The translations under genes were made by a program, and so were the position numbers. DNA of 53,694 nucleotides, counting the filler, from Sluysia triapertura (Eukaryota): the NCBI GenBank assembly GCA_046118255.1. It is 4 parts of 4 records of this genome, joined end to end, with 100 filler letters (N's around TTAATTAATTAA, not from the genome) between each part and the next. Parts side by side here need not be neighbours in the genome. Positions count along the whole stretch, not along the records: positions 1 to 11,631 come from JBJNIA010182646.1; positions 11,732 to 24,461 come from JBJNIA010085804.1; 2 more parts are not named here. One strand, given 5' to 3'. Of the stretch, positions 1 to 13,482 are shown piece by piece. Each line of letters begins with the position of its first letter. The first letter of the stretch is position 1. The notes under the pieces are model-generated. The model was not told the origin of the DNA and did not search any database. It saw nothing but the letters and a program-made list of their open reading frames with translations.

Positions 1-12
1 GCAGAAAATATT

Positions 13-13
<1 letters not shown>

Positions 14-74
<61 letters not shown>
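14..74. repeat. (TAA)n microsatellite
   Basis: About 20 perfect TAA units. Similar tracts lie at ~2763-2822, 30197-30258, 32150-32210, 33665-33739, 37284-37354, 44708-44756 and 50126-50207. Confidence 0.97.
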
Positions 75-75
<1 letters not shown>

Positions 76-1189
76 GGACGATAATAATTTTTGTTACAAA
101 ATTCCGATTCTGTTGTAAATCACTGAATGTGAACAAAATAAAGTTGTGTATAGCAGAATGCGTTTTCATACCATTAAAACACTAAATCAATTAAAAAAGT
201 GGATAATATATTATGAAAGGGTCCACAAGTTATATTGATTTTATAGCTTTTAAATTTTAATTTACACTTTAAAAATAGCGAAAATCTTTTATAAATTGAA
301 ATATAATTTAGTGGTTAAAACAATTCTACTGGCATTCAATGTTCAAATATGATTTAATCAATAATATTTGTTTATGAATCGATCTTTACATTGTTTAAAT
401 CACTAACAAAATTTAAATGTAAACTAGTGCTCAATGTTTCAATTAATAATTACATTCGAATAATAATAACATAATGATATTAGGAATAAATAACCAATAA
501 TATTCAATGTTTAAATTAAAAATGATTTTTCATTATGAAACAAACTATGAATCAATATATTTAATTTCTTCTAAACACCACGTTGTTTTTTCGTATTATA
601 ATTTTCATATACATTCACATAAATTTACTTTGTCGGTTTGTGTTTTCTAGTATTCAACTTTTCACTTCTATTTTAAGAAAATTCTAGTTTTTTCGTCATT
701 ACAATATCACCGTTTAATTATTTATAATCCTTTATTTTAATAATTACTTGTGCCAAGTTTAGGTCGATATTTTTTGAGTTCCCACTTTTATTTTCTTTCA
801 AATATTTTTGATTTTATTTTAAGATTACTTAGATGTTTGTAAATACATTTAAAATTATGCATTATTTTCATTTTGGATTGCCCCAATGGTATTAGTCTGT
901 TATGAAGTAAGACCTAGCAAAATTTTACAGACTTTCTCAAAGATTAATTAAATCATTTTGGAATATTTTTTAACGTTATGCATTGAAATTATTTAGCAAA
1001 GTGCAAAATTACTATTTTTAGTGTAATTTTAAATGTTCTAATAACGTAGTATTATATCGGCCTACGTTTTTAATTAATCTAGCAAAAATAATATGAACTA
1101 GATACAAATTAAATAAAATTTTATAATTTGTATTAGGTTGTCTTAAAATCAATATTTTTGTTCAAAATATAATTCTAAGCAGTCTTGTC

Positions 1190-1510
1190 AATAAAGGACC
1201 GAAATGCGTAATAGTTCAAAATAGCAAGATCTAGAATGATAAGCTACTAATTTCTTTGTTTCGCCTTCATAATTGAGCAGAAATTGACTAATTCTGAATA
1301 ACGATCAATCACATAAGTTGTCAGGAATCAGTTCGAAGTGAAATGTACCTTCAAATCCACCATTTTTAAAAATCGATTGATCAGTCTCGTCTTAACTTAA
1401 CCATTCTTCTTTGCTTTATTTATTACAATTATATATCCGCTTAGTATATCATTAGTAACAACAAATCAGTGAGATATTCCATCAAATATTTGCAAATCTG
1501 GAACCCTCTT
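1190..1510 (-). mobile_element. Degenerate Gypsy-like pol (RNase H) remnant
   Basis: Minus-strand translation gives LCD*SLFRISQFLLNYEGETKKLVAYHSR, resembling the Gypsy RNase H CDAS..IGAVL.Q....VAY.SR motif. Contains stops; boundaries approximate. Confidence 0.4.
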
Positions 1511-2761
1511 TTTTTCCATCTTTGCGATAAATAATATTTTTTGAAGTTCATTCGATATCGTTTGAATAATTTGAATTTGATTTGTCTTTATGATATTCGA
1601 AATCTTTCTATTTAAAATCAAAATACCTATCATTAAACATTTTGTATCACTTTTATATTGCTAACGTTATAACTATACACGTGTTCAGTTATAATTCAAT
1701 AATAATGGAACAAACCACTTAAAACTTTTTGCGGCTCCATTTTATTGAAATTTTAAAAAGTTCAACTAAATTAAATAAACAAATGAAGCGTTAAAACAAA
1801 AAATGTAGAATGCCACTTTCGAAATAGATTGAATATTTCTAATGCTACATCAATTTAAAAATTGTATTGCAAAAAGGTTTATGACTAATAAAATAATTTA
1901 ATATTAATAATATTAGGAAATGTTTATCATAAATTTAATTTTATAACATTGATTGTTTTTTTGAATTTAAAATTTTGATACGGAATTGTTAAAATTTTTT
2001 AAGTAAACGGATATACGTGTACATAAAGTGTGGTCAAATTTTATTAGTCCATGTATTTCTTCTGAATGTGAAACTTGATAACTGTTCAATGACAGGGAAA
2101 GGGAAAATGTTGAAGATATTAATGAAATAGGCTCATTTCAATGACAAAAGCAAGGTAAACATTTATTACAAAATGTTCACAAAAAATTTCCCCAATTTCA
2201 GCCTTGCAATTTGGGAATATAAGAAATTTTGCTTTTCCTTTCCATCCACATTTGCTTTAAATATACAAACTCGATTTTGTATCACTCAGTCAGTGTTTAC
2301 TGATTTAAAAATAATATTAAATTTTTCCCAATTTTATGTACAGATATATACTTATAACACAAAGCATTTGTTTTGGATTTTTATTGTTGTAGCATAGAAA
2401 TTCATTTATTTTGGGACAATAAATTTTTAACATAAGGTGCTCCAACCGTTAAAATTTTATATTTTTCTAACCTAAGGAGGAATGTTTGAAAATAAGCGGT
2501 ATTTACAATAGTATCAACCAAGTCTTTTTTGGAAGATTCGCGCAGCACCTGTACGTGTCTGTGACCTGTTAACTCCTACTGAGTTAGTAACACTCGATCG
2601 AGCACCGAAGTATATCTACACACAGATATTCTAAATTCGGCAGCACAAACTTTCAAACACTTATATTGTCAGTGAATATTTCTTATTATTGTCTATTAAA
2701 TAGTTAATAACTTCTTATTATCTTAATTTCATCTTTATTTATAACCTATTATAAACTTTGG

Positions 2762-2822
<61 letters not shown>

Positions 2823-5800
2823 ATTGTTAATCAGTTTTGAATAAAATTATGCTTAGAATTTTGTTATAAAGTTTTATTTATTTATAATAATGTTGCTTCG
2901 GACGTCATAAATACATTTAAAAATATCTTTTATTTATAAATAATATGAATAATAATTATAAATAATTATAATATGAATGCTTACAATTTATATACTCTAA
3001 CCTACAATTTAATCTCAAAATAGTAACTTTTAGCTTATTAATTTTACTTTCTTAATTTACAAATATATTTTTGTAATTTGTAATCACATGTTTAAATTTC
3101 ATATGAAAATTTAGGAAGTACCAGAAAGAAATTATCACAAATAATGTTTCACATATTTTACTTTACAAGAAAGTTGGTAAAAACACAGAAATGATAAAAG
3201 ATATTTTCAAAAAGTAAATAGAAAACATTTAAAAGAGAAAAAAATCAGAAATTTAAAACAACTAACCAGGAATTCGGTGCTCTTAAGTGGCACACTAAAA
3301 CGTCTACTAATTGCTATGTTCTTATACTTAATATATTTTAGCAGGTCCAGTTACAGTTCGTGTGCCTGTGACAAAAATGACAATAAGTAACATTATATAC
3401 AATTTTACGCAAGGCAACTTCTTAACTTATGCTATGTCAATAGTTAGATTAATTTAATAGTGTGTGCCTTTGTTATACAATGAGTTTAACTGTTTTATTG
3501 ATTTTTATCCAATGAAGTGCCTTTTAACTTTAACTGATCATTCTAATGTCAGTTAATTCACAAGGAATTATTCAAAATTAATAAAAATATAAAACTTGAA
3601 ATTAATCTTTTTATAAATCTAAAAATGAAAATCCATAATATACAAGTATCGAACAACTGAAACAGAATATCTAGAGTTTTACGAGAAATTGATTAAAATA
3701 TTTGTTTTAAAATTAAAGCCATTTAAATTAAGATTTTAATCTTCAGTAAATCTTGACTAGAAATATCAAAATTTATAACATATAAAATTAATATTTTCTA
3801 ATTTCTTGAAGTAAATTTAGCATAAAAATTTGTTAGTAAAATCCAAGCACGAACAAAGATATTGATTAATTATCAGTTAAATCTAAATGACATACTTGTA
3901 AATTGCGTTGAATAATGACGAAGAATAAGCTTTTATAGTGATTATTGGCCAATAAAGTATTGGCATGTTTAAAATAAAATTTCAATATTTTATGCTACAT
4001 ATTAAAATAAATAATTTACAATTATTTAAAAATCAAGTTTTTAAAATTTTTCTTATACTCTACTTATTTTCATAAGTTGATAATTTTTTGATATATTAAT
4101 TTATATTAATTTATTTTTATTATTTTTTCCCAAACTAGGTGTGAGATGAACCTAGCAGGATTAAACACAAATGTTAATAAAACATGGAAAAGCAGCTAAA
4201 ACTGAATACTAAGAAGGGTAATAAAAACTAAATAGCTAAGTAAAAGTACATAGATATTTTTAAATGAAAATTTTGAATTTTATTTATCGGTTTTACGTGG
4301 ATTCCGTTATATGGAATTGTTGAGAATTGTTAGAATTAACTTCCAGATTTTCGAAAACAATCGAGGTGTTAGATTTTATCAGATTTTGAAACTATTTAAG
4401 TTAACAAATTAAATAATCATAGACAACAAACTTTATTTTTAAATTATACAAAATTTGAGACTAATAATAAATAATAATAAATTTACCCGAACTAACTGTT
4501 TCAGTTAGTTAATTCAATAATTAAAATTTAAAAGTATATTTTACTATGGATCGTTATATGATCTTAACAAATTCAAGCTAACGTCATTAGTAAAACCTTG
4601 ATCCAAAGAAAATTCTCGTAACAAAATCTTAAATTCTTTATCTGAAAGAATTGTAATAAACTACGGATCGGATATTGTGAAGTTATTAAAGATTTATAAA
4701 CACCTTGCAAAAATTTTGGTATGTCAAATCCTGTATTTTTTTGTTGCAAAAAGTTAGTGTTTATATACTTGTTTTAGTCAGACTAAAACAAAATATTAAA
4801 TTAAAATATTCAAATAACCAAAATTAAAATAGCAACGTTTGTTTGTAACAAAAATTTACAAAATTAATAGAAAATTATGAATAAAAATTTTTACTCAAAT
4901 AAAATATTTCCAAAGGAATCAATAAAGTTAATTAGTTCAAATAAATATCATAATATTTATAAAGTTAATCAATAAAATTTGTAATATGAAGTTAATTCAC
5001 AAATATAATAGTTCAAAGTTAATCATATGTTATAAAATCAATGAATCATAATTACATTAAAAGTTTATGAGTCACATTTACAATTTGATATGTCAAAACA
5101 GTATATAAAATGATAAAATCATATACAATAACGAAATATATTAGTGTTCTGTATGGTGGCTCAACTCATAACGTTAACATAATACAATCACCTTAAAATT
5201 CATAAAATATTCAACAAAACATTTAATAGTAATCACACATTTAATTAATTCTAAGAAAGGGTAATGCTCGATGTATACAAGTATCATGAAATTAACGTTT
5301 AAGATCATAATGGTTTTTCTAAATTAGTTAAATTTCAGTATGAAAATAAAACAATAAGTATAATTATTTTTATTCTTTATCGAGATTATTATCTTTATCA
5401 TCATTAACCTGCTGAAAATTTCATAGTGCCACGAAGAATTTGTGATAGTCCGTATATCTCAATTAAAACTTTGAGTAAATATTTTAGTAAGTCTTTTAAG
5501 TTTTGTTTTTATTATGTATTTTATCATTTTTGTATATTAGAATAGATCGAGTTTATTATTTTATTTTCTTATTTAGGTTAAAGTGAAACTCCATTAATAC
5601 GAAAGTACTAATTTTGCGCTCATAATATTTCAATTACAGTTTTACCAAAAATTGTAAAATAAAAATATATTTAAGTTTCATGGAATTAAAGCTTGCGATG
5701 GGAGTTGCAGTTCTTACTATTGAAATACATCTTAACCGAAACTTTAAACTAATTCAAATTTTAATCAAATTACAACGTCATAACTTTTATAAAGAACTAA

Positions 5801-6249
5801 TAGATGAGTTCAAAACTAAGTACTATGAAAATTAAAATACTTACATCAATTTCAGTCAACAAGAAATGATTACAAATAAATTCTCCTTCAATGTACACTT
5901 AGTTATTGTTGAATCAAAAGTTATTATTGGATATCAGTTTTATAATTGGTTACATTTATATTCAATTTAAGTTGATGTATTGTTAAAATCATAATGTTAA
6001 ATTTGGATTTTATTATTCTAAATAAGATTTTATTTGTCACAAAACTCCTAATCTTTGGAAAATAGCTAGACGAAAAATAATTTTCCAATTGGATTATTAA
6101 AAATGGTTATTACTGATTATGTGAAATAAGTATACATCTTCGACACAATAATTAAGTCGAATTTCCAACTTTCTAGCAATTATCTAAAACCTATATAAAG
6201 AACCATATTTGCCACAATATAACACAAAAATTTTCTTCATTGGAGCAGA

Positions 6250-8112
6250 GAAAAGCAACACAAATCTTGCATCTTCGCTGTAAGTTAATAAGTTAGTGCG
6301 AATTTTTGACCAACAGGTTTGAAGGTGCGCATATTTGTCCAGGTGACATCCATTTAACCACATCAGAGGTATTGGTAACCTTGTTAAGTCGTGATCCAGC
6401 GACTCTCAACAGTTCATTCAGCAAAAGGTTGCGGATAAAAGAGGTGCGACTACTTTTTGGCACATTTAGTCATCGTAGGAGGATGTGAGACTAAGACCAC
6501 CGTGGTTCTTATGCGCAAAGAAGAAATTATTATTAAGAGGAAAAGTTTTAAGGCCCAGAAAATGTTTAAATATTTGACAAACCTTTTCATAAAAACCTAC
6601 AGTTTGAAGGAGATTCTTGGATTGCTTCGCATACGGGTTGCGTAGGTTGAAAGGAAGGCAGGAATGAAGAAAGTTACGGTATATAAGGAACTTGTTCTTA
6701 CAACTAAGACTATAAGATTCAATTTTTTGAGAAAATTGCAGGTTTTCCACCCAAAGTGAATTAAGGTTCTGTTCTTTTCAACGATCTTGTTGAGATTAAT
6801 ATCTTTCTTAAACTCGTTACTGTTGAATTTAATTTGAGACAAACTTTGGAGGATGCAGGCAATAAATGAGGTCACAAAATTCAGTGAAGGCTTCATCCAG
6901 GGAGAGAGTTTCCTTACTGAATTTGAGACAAAGAGATTGTAACGAAGGATGTGCGTGTTTCGGTTTCTTAACTTTAATCGACTCATCCAAAGAAAGAGCA
7001 ACAATTTTTAGAGGATCTCTCTAGTACCGCAAATATCAGGCTTACAAAACATAAAGATATCAGGGTTGCGCTTATATTGTAACGCAATATCACGGATAAA
7101 GGGGCCACAGTCGGCAAGGCCTTCCTTTGTTGGATAAGGAATAATTTTAATGTGAAACGCAGGTTTGAACGGGTAGACAGGAAGAGAAGTTGACGCAATC
7201 ATGACATTAAATAAATAGTCATCCAGGAAGAAAAGGTTACGTGGATAAAACAGAAGATGGTCAATAATAAAGAAGAAATTCTCTTGTTTATTAAAGATGA
7301 CAAGGATCCAGCGGGATTCGATATTAAAGATTTGGTTTAGGTGGAGCCAAGCTGAACATTTTGAGAAGGGAAAGTTGTTCAGAAAGGCCTGTTTGTCATT
7401 GAACATAGAAAAATTGGCAATATCAGCATCAACGATATACGCGCTAAAGAAAGTCATAATTGCACCTAGGATTAGTCAGTCGGATTCATGGGTTGAATCC
7501 AAGTCTCTGGTGGTCGTTTTAGTGGGTAGATTATTAAGAGAGGTGTGGGTAAGAAGATGTTGGGTAAGATTTGAATGACCTCAAAGGAATGAGGCTGGAG
7601 AAGGAACATTTAAGAAGTATTTTCGCACCAGAGATTTTGTGCTTAATACGTTGGTGCCTGAGAAGTCTGCTAGCATTGGTGGGGTTGAATTTTTGTTTTA
7701 TACCGCATGAGTTACCCGCCTGAGTTACATCGGACAGATGTAGGCTCAATGACAATATAAATGATTTGATCAGGGTTTTGAGGGAGAGTGGGGAGTGTGC
7801 AGCCTGCTCCATGGACAGTTGGATCGAGAGCTTTCGAGTAGAAAATGTGGGAGGAGGTGAAGTCTTCCCATCAGATAGTAGAGCCATAAGAACAAAGGGT
7901 AAGTAGGTCATTACGCGGTGTTGTGAGAGTATGTTTTTGGGAATATACGTCTTTTCATATGCGTCTTTGTTGGATTTCATAGAACAACGATGAGGTCCTT
8001 AGAAGTCACTCCCGCTTGATAATTAGAAATAGTTGACTGATGAAGACGTCGGAGAAAGGGTGGAGCAACCGATATCAACATCAAGATCAAAAGAGCATCG
8101 TGATAATGTGGA
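6250..8112 (-). mobile_element. Degenerate, internally deleted NeSL/Utopia-like (R2 group) non-LTR retrotransposon with zinc finger and Ulp1-like protease
   Basis: GC-richer island with colinear broken minus-strand ORFs: zinc-finger-like SCG...RLLRHQRIKH...LKCS (7534-7980); Ulp1/C48-like RWILVIFN...IID...DCGPF (7008-7457); post-RT motifs FFFAHKNHGGLSLTSSYDD, LLRVAGSRLNKVTNTSDVVKWMS and WSKIR (6290-6750). No RT core was seen. Confidence 0.7.
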
Positions 8113-8193
8113 TGGGCTATCAGCCCCGTCTAACAATTTTTAGAGTACTATAGTCCATTATACTGCATGGCACTTTTGGCCTGTATGCCAACA
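8113..8193 (-). mobile_element. 5' portion of tRNA-Ala-carrying TG...CA mini-element, truncated at the D-arm
   Basis: Reverse complement reads TGTTGGCATAC...TTGTTAGACGGGGCTGATAGC and then switches to retroelement sequence. Matches the copies at 20522, 30590, 36613 and 52262. Confidence 0.85.
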
Positions 8194-9393
8194 CTAACAC
8201 TTTTATGTGTTGTGCCATCCCTGTGAAATTGAGTATTCTAATTAATTGTTGTAAAAAGACTTATTTATATTTTTGTACATTCTTATGTACTTTATATATT
8301 TTTTATATACTTTGTGATAAAGTTTAGAATACATCGAGATTCAGACTCATTTAATTGTATTATCGAATTAGTGTTATTATTTTGAAAAATATAAAGACGC
8401 ATCTTAGAGAAACCTGGCTACACAATATCAAACACACGTAAATAATTATAAAACAAAACTGGTTAGGTAGTATTGCGTCTTTATTTTTTATTGTAAAATA
8501 ATTTTAATTAAATTAAGTAATAAATGCACTTATGTATTTTCTTTATAACGCAAAAAATTTAGAAAATGCCCATTCCTCAACAACTCAAACAGCGATATTA
8601 TTATTATTTAACGAGCATGTGATTATGAAAGATATTATGTCTGTTGGGTTAAATCTTTTTACCTAAACAATAAATGAAATTTATGTTACGAATTCGCCTA
8701 CGATCCTAATCTTACGGCTAGTCCGTAGGATTTAATAGGATATGAATACAAAATAAAATTGTTGGAGATCAATTACGAAAGCGTAAACACTTCAAGTTAG
8801 TCTTAATTGAGATTGTCAAATATTAAACTGGAAAAGCTTTAGAACTAGGTTAAATTAAATTTAAGCCTTAAATTCTTATGCAATTCAGTTTTTCCTAGAT
8901 AGCAAGTTTAAGTATGAATTTGGTTTTACTTAGGTTCTTTATAAATAGAACATGCAATAAAATATAACATAGCGCTATAGATTTTAATAAGAAATACAAC
9001 CATATAAATTATAATACGTTAATATTGATCTATTTTAAAAAGATCAATTAAAAGATGATTTGATTGAATAGCTTTAAATTTACGATTAAAAAGCTCTTGA
9101 TGGTTATTAAACTATATTAAATAATAGGATTAAATACAACTTTAATAAGACTTTAGTATAAATAAATAATGATTATTATAAAGATTTTATTAAGGTTATT
9201 AAAAGCTTAATAAGTTAAATAAGTTAATAAGCTAATAAGCTAAATAAGTTAAAAGTTTATTTATCAACATTGAATTAAATTGTTACTCGAAAAATTTATT
9301 ATACAAAATTTTTTACGTGTACTTTATCTCCGCTACACTTAAAGTCATGGACAAAAATTTTATTAAATAAAACTAAAGATAAAAAACCGAATC

Positions 9394-9570
9394 AAATTCA
9401 GAATCTGTAAAGTAATAATGATCCTTGTCAAAAAACCAGATTTAAATTTAGAAGTTGCAAGTTAACAGTGATCCTTAACGAAATATTATTGTCTTTGAGT
9501 AATCGATCATTAAATTCAGAAGATGCAAGGTAACCATGATCCGTGCCGAAATATTATTATTACTTTGAGA
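9394..9570 (+). repeat. Degenerate tandem repeat, 3 units of ~55-65 bp
   Basis: Recurring AAATTCAGAA..TGCAAG.TAA...TGATCC...GAAATATTATT unit. Confidence 0.7.
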
Positions 9571-9882
9571 AATTGAAAATAAATAATGATTTAAATATTT
9601 CTCGACAATTGAATTAAATTCAAAATTATGAAATTATTGTTGTGAGTAAAATGATTGAAAGAGCTTGCTTTTGCATTAATTTTATGATTTTTAACCTTAA
9701 AAAGTCTGTTAAGTGATTCAGAGTATTTTCAGCTATTTTTAACTATTTCAAGTAATTTTATTTTAAATAAGATATTTTATGAAACTGTTTAATAATTTTA
9801 TATTGATCTTTAGCAAGATAATTAAATTATTTGGTAATTTAATATTTTATTTAATAATAATTATTTTTATTACATAACTATA

Positions 9883-11496
9883 TGTTGCGTCTTTGATATG
9901 ATTAATAATGAATCAGAATCGGTTAATTTACTTAAATTGAATCTTATTATTTTCAATATAAATATAAATTAACTCAATGTAAATTAAATATAAATTATCT
10001 CAAATTTTCTATTATTTTAATAATAGTATTTATTCAACCTCAACAGAAGTTATGTACTTCAATTCGCAACAATAACAAAAACCCAATGTTATATTAATTA
10101 CCAAACCAAATACAATTTACTATGGTAAATCTCTACCTTAACAATAATATGAGTGGATTATCTAAAAAAGAATAAAATCAAAAGAAAATCAGCAACTATT
10201 ACAACAATGTTAAGCATACAATAATTCGTCCCAAAAAAAGAATTCCAATGGCTTATGGAACAAAAATAAAAATTTCTAAAATAATAATATTTGCGTACTT
10301 TCAAACAATTTTATTCTATTCTAACTCAATAACAAAAAAACTATAAAATAAATTTGGCAGATCTATAATTAAAAGCTAAAAGAACAAATAATATTTATAA
10401 TTCCCGAAATTTAAATAAAAAAAGAAATTATAAATTAACACAACTGAATAAAAATATCCCCAAAAAATTATTCAATAATAACAAAAATTACCAAAATCAT
10501 GGATCTTCACAACATTTGCCTGTTAGCTGATTGTGCGATTGTGTTGTAAAATTTGTAAGTTTTCATTTTATACTCTCTCATCATCCAATCAATTCCCAGT
10601 CTCCCAATCAAGCACTCTCACACAAATCATTCAAACCTCTTTGCGAATCAGACCGACAATAACAACTTTGACAAATACATGGTACGGTTTGTCAAACTTT
10701 ATTAAATACAAAACACGAAAAATTGATGTATTATCAACCATCATTTTCTTTTACTCTACTCAATCTTTTTTATTTAAAATACTTCTCATATTAAAATAAC
10801 ATTCAACAATATTGTTAACCTAATTAAAAATAATGAATTTAATTTCAGTTTGCAGAAATTAATTGATTTTCAATTTTTCATATCCAATTTTCTAATGAAA
10901 AATGTTTTAAGCTTCTTATTCTCAAACTAACCATTCTACAAATATTTCAAACTCACTTCTAGATTCTCCTCTTTCGTAGCAATAATCTTATATTCAATTA
11001 ATTATATTTCCATCATTCTAAGTATAATTAAGAATTAATTAAAATTTGACTTTGCTCATTATTAAGGCTTTCCTTTCACGAACTCGGTCAAATCAAGACC
11101 TTTATCAAATTCAAATAGCATTCTGCACTCGAAAGTTATTCACAAAAATGTACTTTTTCTTAATCTTTTCTAATTTTATGTTTAAAGGTTTTATTAAGGT
11201 TCCAAGGCTTTTTAGTAATTTATAAAGCATTCAGGAAGCTCAAAGGTATCATAATGCCCTTAAATGTTCATTAGTGTGTCTCAAACTTTCATAAGGTCTC
11301 AAACCCTTATATGGGTTTTAGGAACCTCAAGATATTCTTTAGCTGTTAACATTATTACAGATGTTTTTAATTTCATGATTCTTATTAGAACAGTGTTTAT
11401 GATGTTAAATCCATCAATTTGTACCAGCTCTTTCTTTATTCATAGTTGTATGTGTTTCTCACACATTTCCTGATCTACAGTTGGACAATTCCAACA
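9883..11496 (-). mobile_element. ~1.6-kb TG...CA element (solo-LTR-like or Ginger-like non-autonomous element)
   Basis: Termini TGTTGCGTC...TTCCAACA with a perfect 4-bp flanking duplication TATA/TATA. Colinear inverted homolog at 43017-44643. Confidence 0.8.
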
Positions 11497-11556
11497 TATA
11501 CATAAATATAAATATAAATTCAATATGATAAATATTAATATTAATATTAATACATT

Positions 11557-11631
11557 TGTTGGGATTGCCCAACTTTAGATTAAGAGACGAGTAAAAAATA
11601 TATAGAATTACAAATGAAGGAAGAATTGATG
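11557..11631 (+). mobile_element. 5' end of another 1.6-kb-family copy, running into the gap
   Basis: TGTTGGGATTGCCCAA...AAATGAAGGAAGAATTGAT matches 43017 onward. Confidence 0.8.
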
Positions 11632-11954
11632 NNNNNNNNNNNNNNNNNNNNNNNNNNNNNNNNNNNNNNNNNNNNTTAATTAATTAANNNNNNNNNNNNN
11701 NNNNNNNNNNNNNNNNNNNNNNNNNNNNNNNGTGTTGAAAAAATATTAATATTTCACAGAAGTGAAATATATTAACAGACATAATATTACATTTTTGATA
11801 TAAAGAATTAAAATTTTTGCTAAAAAATTATAACTGTTATCTTCATAATATTTAATTTATAAGAAATAGAAAAATACATTTTATTACTAAAAAGGTGTGG
11901 TTATTTTATTTATAAAGTTTTTTTGATAGTGGCGTTATGATTTTTTATTAAGTT

Positions 11955-12015
11955 GGGATCGCCAAAAATAAATATGTTGAAATGGGGGCGCAATTTAAAA
12001 AGTTAGCACACGCCT
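11955..12015. mobile_element. Possible hAT (Charlie-like) terminus
   Basis: GGGATCGCC...GGGGGCGC...AAAAAGTTAGCACACGCCTG resembles hAT subterminal and terminal sequence. Confidence 0.4.
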
Positions 12016-12699
12016 GCATTAGATTACACTACAGTAGATTACCTTTATTACCAAACTGTTCATAAGCAAAAAACAAAAATTTTTTATTTGCTTTAGAACA
12101 ATATTTTAGCAATAATAAAATTTAAAAGTACATTCTTCCTACATTTAGAACGAAATATATTATCTTTCTTGTAATTTACAGCTGTCTTTGTTTCTATTTT
12201 TAGTGTGAAATGAAAGTTTTGGAGTTTTGTGCAAAAATTGTACAGTAAAATGAACTCCTAAAATGTAATATTTTCTCTAACTTGATTGGTTTTGTTACGG
12301 AATAGAAATTCAAATTATGTAAATGTTTACATATTTATATAATTCATATTTTTGTCTCTAAAGTAAAATACAGCGTCTTCCTTCTTCCACAAGTTGAACT
12401 TCTTCAAATTTGAAATTTTCTCAATACTTATTTCAGGTATAAAATGGAAATAATTTTTATAATTAGACCAAATAGTAACAAATTATGTGAATTTCTATGT
12501 CCTCACCCTATCAGATCGTTTAATAACGACAGTCATGCGCTTCTAAATGATTTGAATAATAAATTTATATTTTTGAACAACGAGGATTTCTTGAGGAAAA
12601 TTATTTAATCGATTCTAGATTTGAAAGTAATGATGTGTAGTACAATTTGTTCCAATTATATCTACATTCAGATCTTTTTCTTTTATCGATACTTTTTCA

Positions 12700-13370
12700 C
12701 TTAGATATTAGTAATTTTCAGAATTACTCAAAATGAACATGGAAGAAAATATTAATTGTATTGTTAAATATCAATTAAATAAAATATCACATATTCGAGA
12801 ATTTATTAATAAAGAAACAGTTAAACTTATTGTTCATTCATTGATAAAAAGCTACTTAGATTTTAATAATAGTTTATTGTACTTATATTTCAGATAGAAA
12901 AGTGAAAAAATTACAATTAATAATTAATAAAGCAGCAAGACTAATTCTCCAAGTTGGAAGATGATGTCATGTAACACCTTATCTTAAGGAATTACATTGG
13001 AAGAATAGAATTCAAAATCATGACAATGATTTACAAATGCTTACATTACGGAAGTCCTGAATATCTTTTAGAAATAATAAAAAATTGGAAACCAAGATGA
13101 ATATTTCATTGAGACATAATAATAATAATCTATAAAGAATCCACAGTGATAATAAGAGCTAAATGATAGGTTGTATACTGTTTATGTTTCAAAAATATAC
13201 AACCAGTATTACCAGAGAATGTCAAATTACTGGAAGATTATGAAATATTTAGGAAAAAGGTAAAGTTCTTTATGTTTCAGAAATATTTTAATGAATGACT
13301 TATTTTAAGCGTTTTTGAGTAGATATGATGGCAATATAAATTATTACATTATTATTATCATTATTATTAT
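12700..13370 (+). mobile_element. L2/Crack (CR1 group) LINE 3' remnant
   Basis: Translates to LNKISHIREFINKETVKLIVHSLIKSYLDFNNSLL...LQLIINKAARLIL...HVTPYLKELHW...RIEFKIMTMIYKCL...PEYL, followed by an (ATT)n-like tail. Confidence 0.85.
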
Positions 13371-13482
13371 CTGAAACTATTTTATTATTGCCAATAAATA
13401 TAAAATTTTTTGCCTTTTTTTCAATGATAAACTTAAAATAAAACTTTGATCATTTTTCTCGAACTAATCTTAAACCCCTTAC

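Noticed and set aside
6306-7578. Plus-strand ORFs in the GC-rich island, and similar shadow ORFs over the hAT and RING regions
   Set aside because: They are antisense shadows of minus-strand coding sequence.
9394-9570. CRISPR-like repeat array
   Set aside because: Degenerate adjacent units with no unique spacers, in a eukaryotic context with no cas genes.
11632-11731. TTAATTAATTAA embedded in N runs (also 24462-24561 and 37355-37454)
   Set aside because: Identical 44N + 12-mer + 44N layout each time, so this is an artificial scaffolding spacer with stops in all six frames, not biology.
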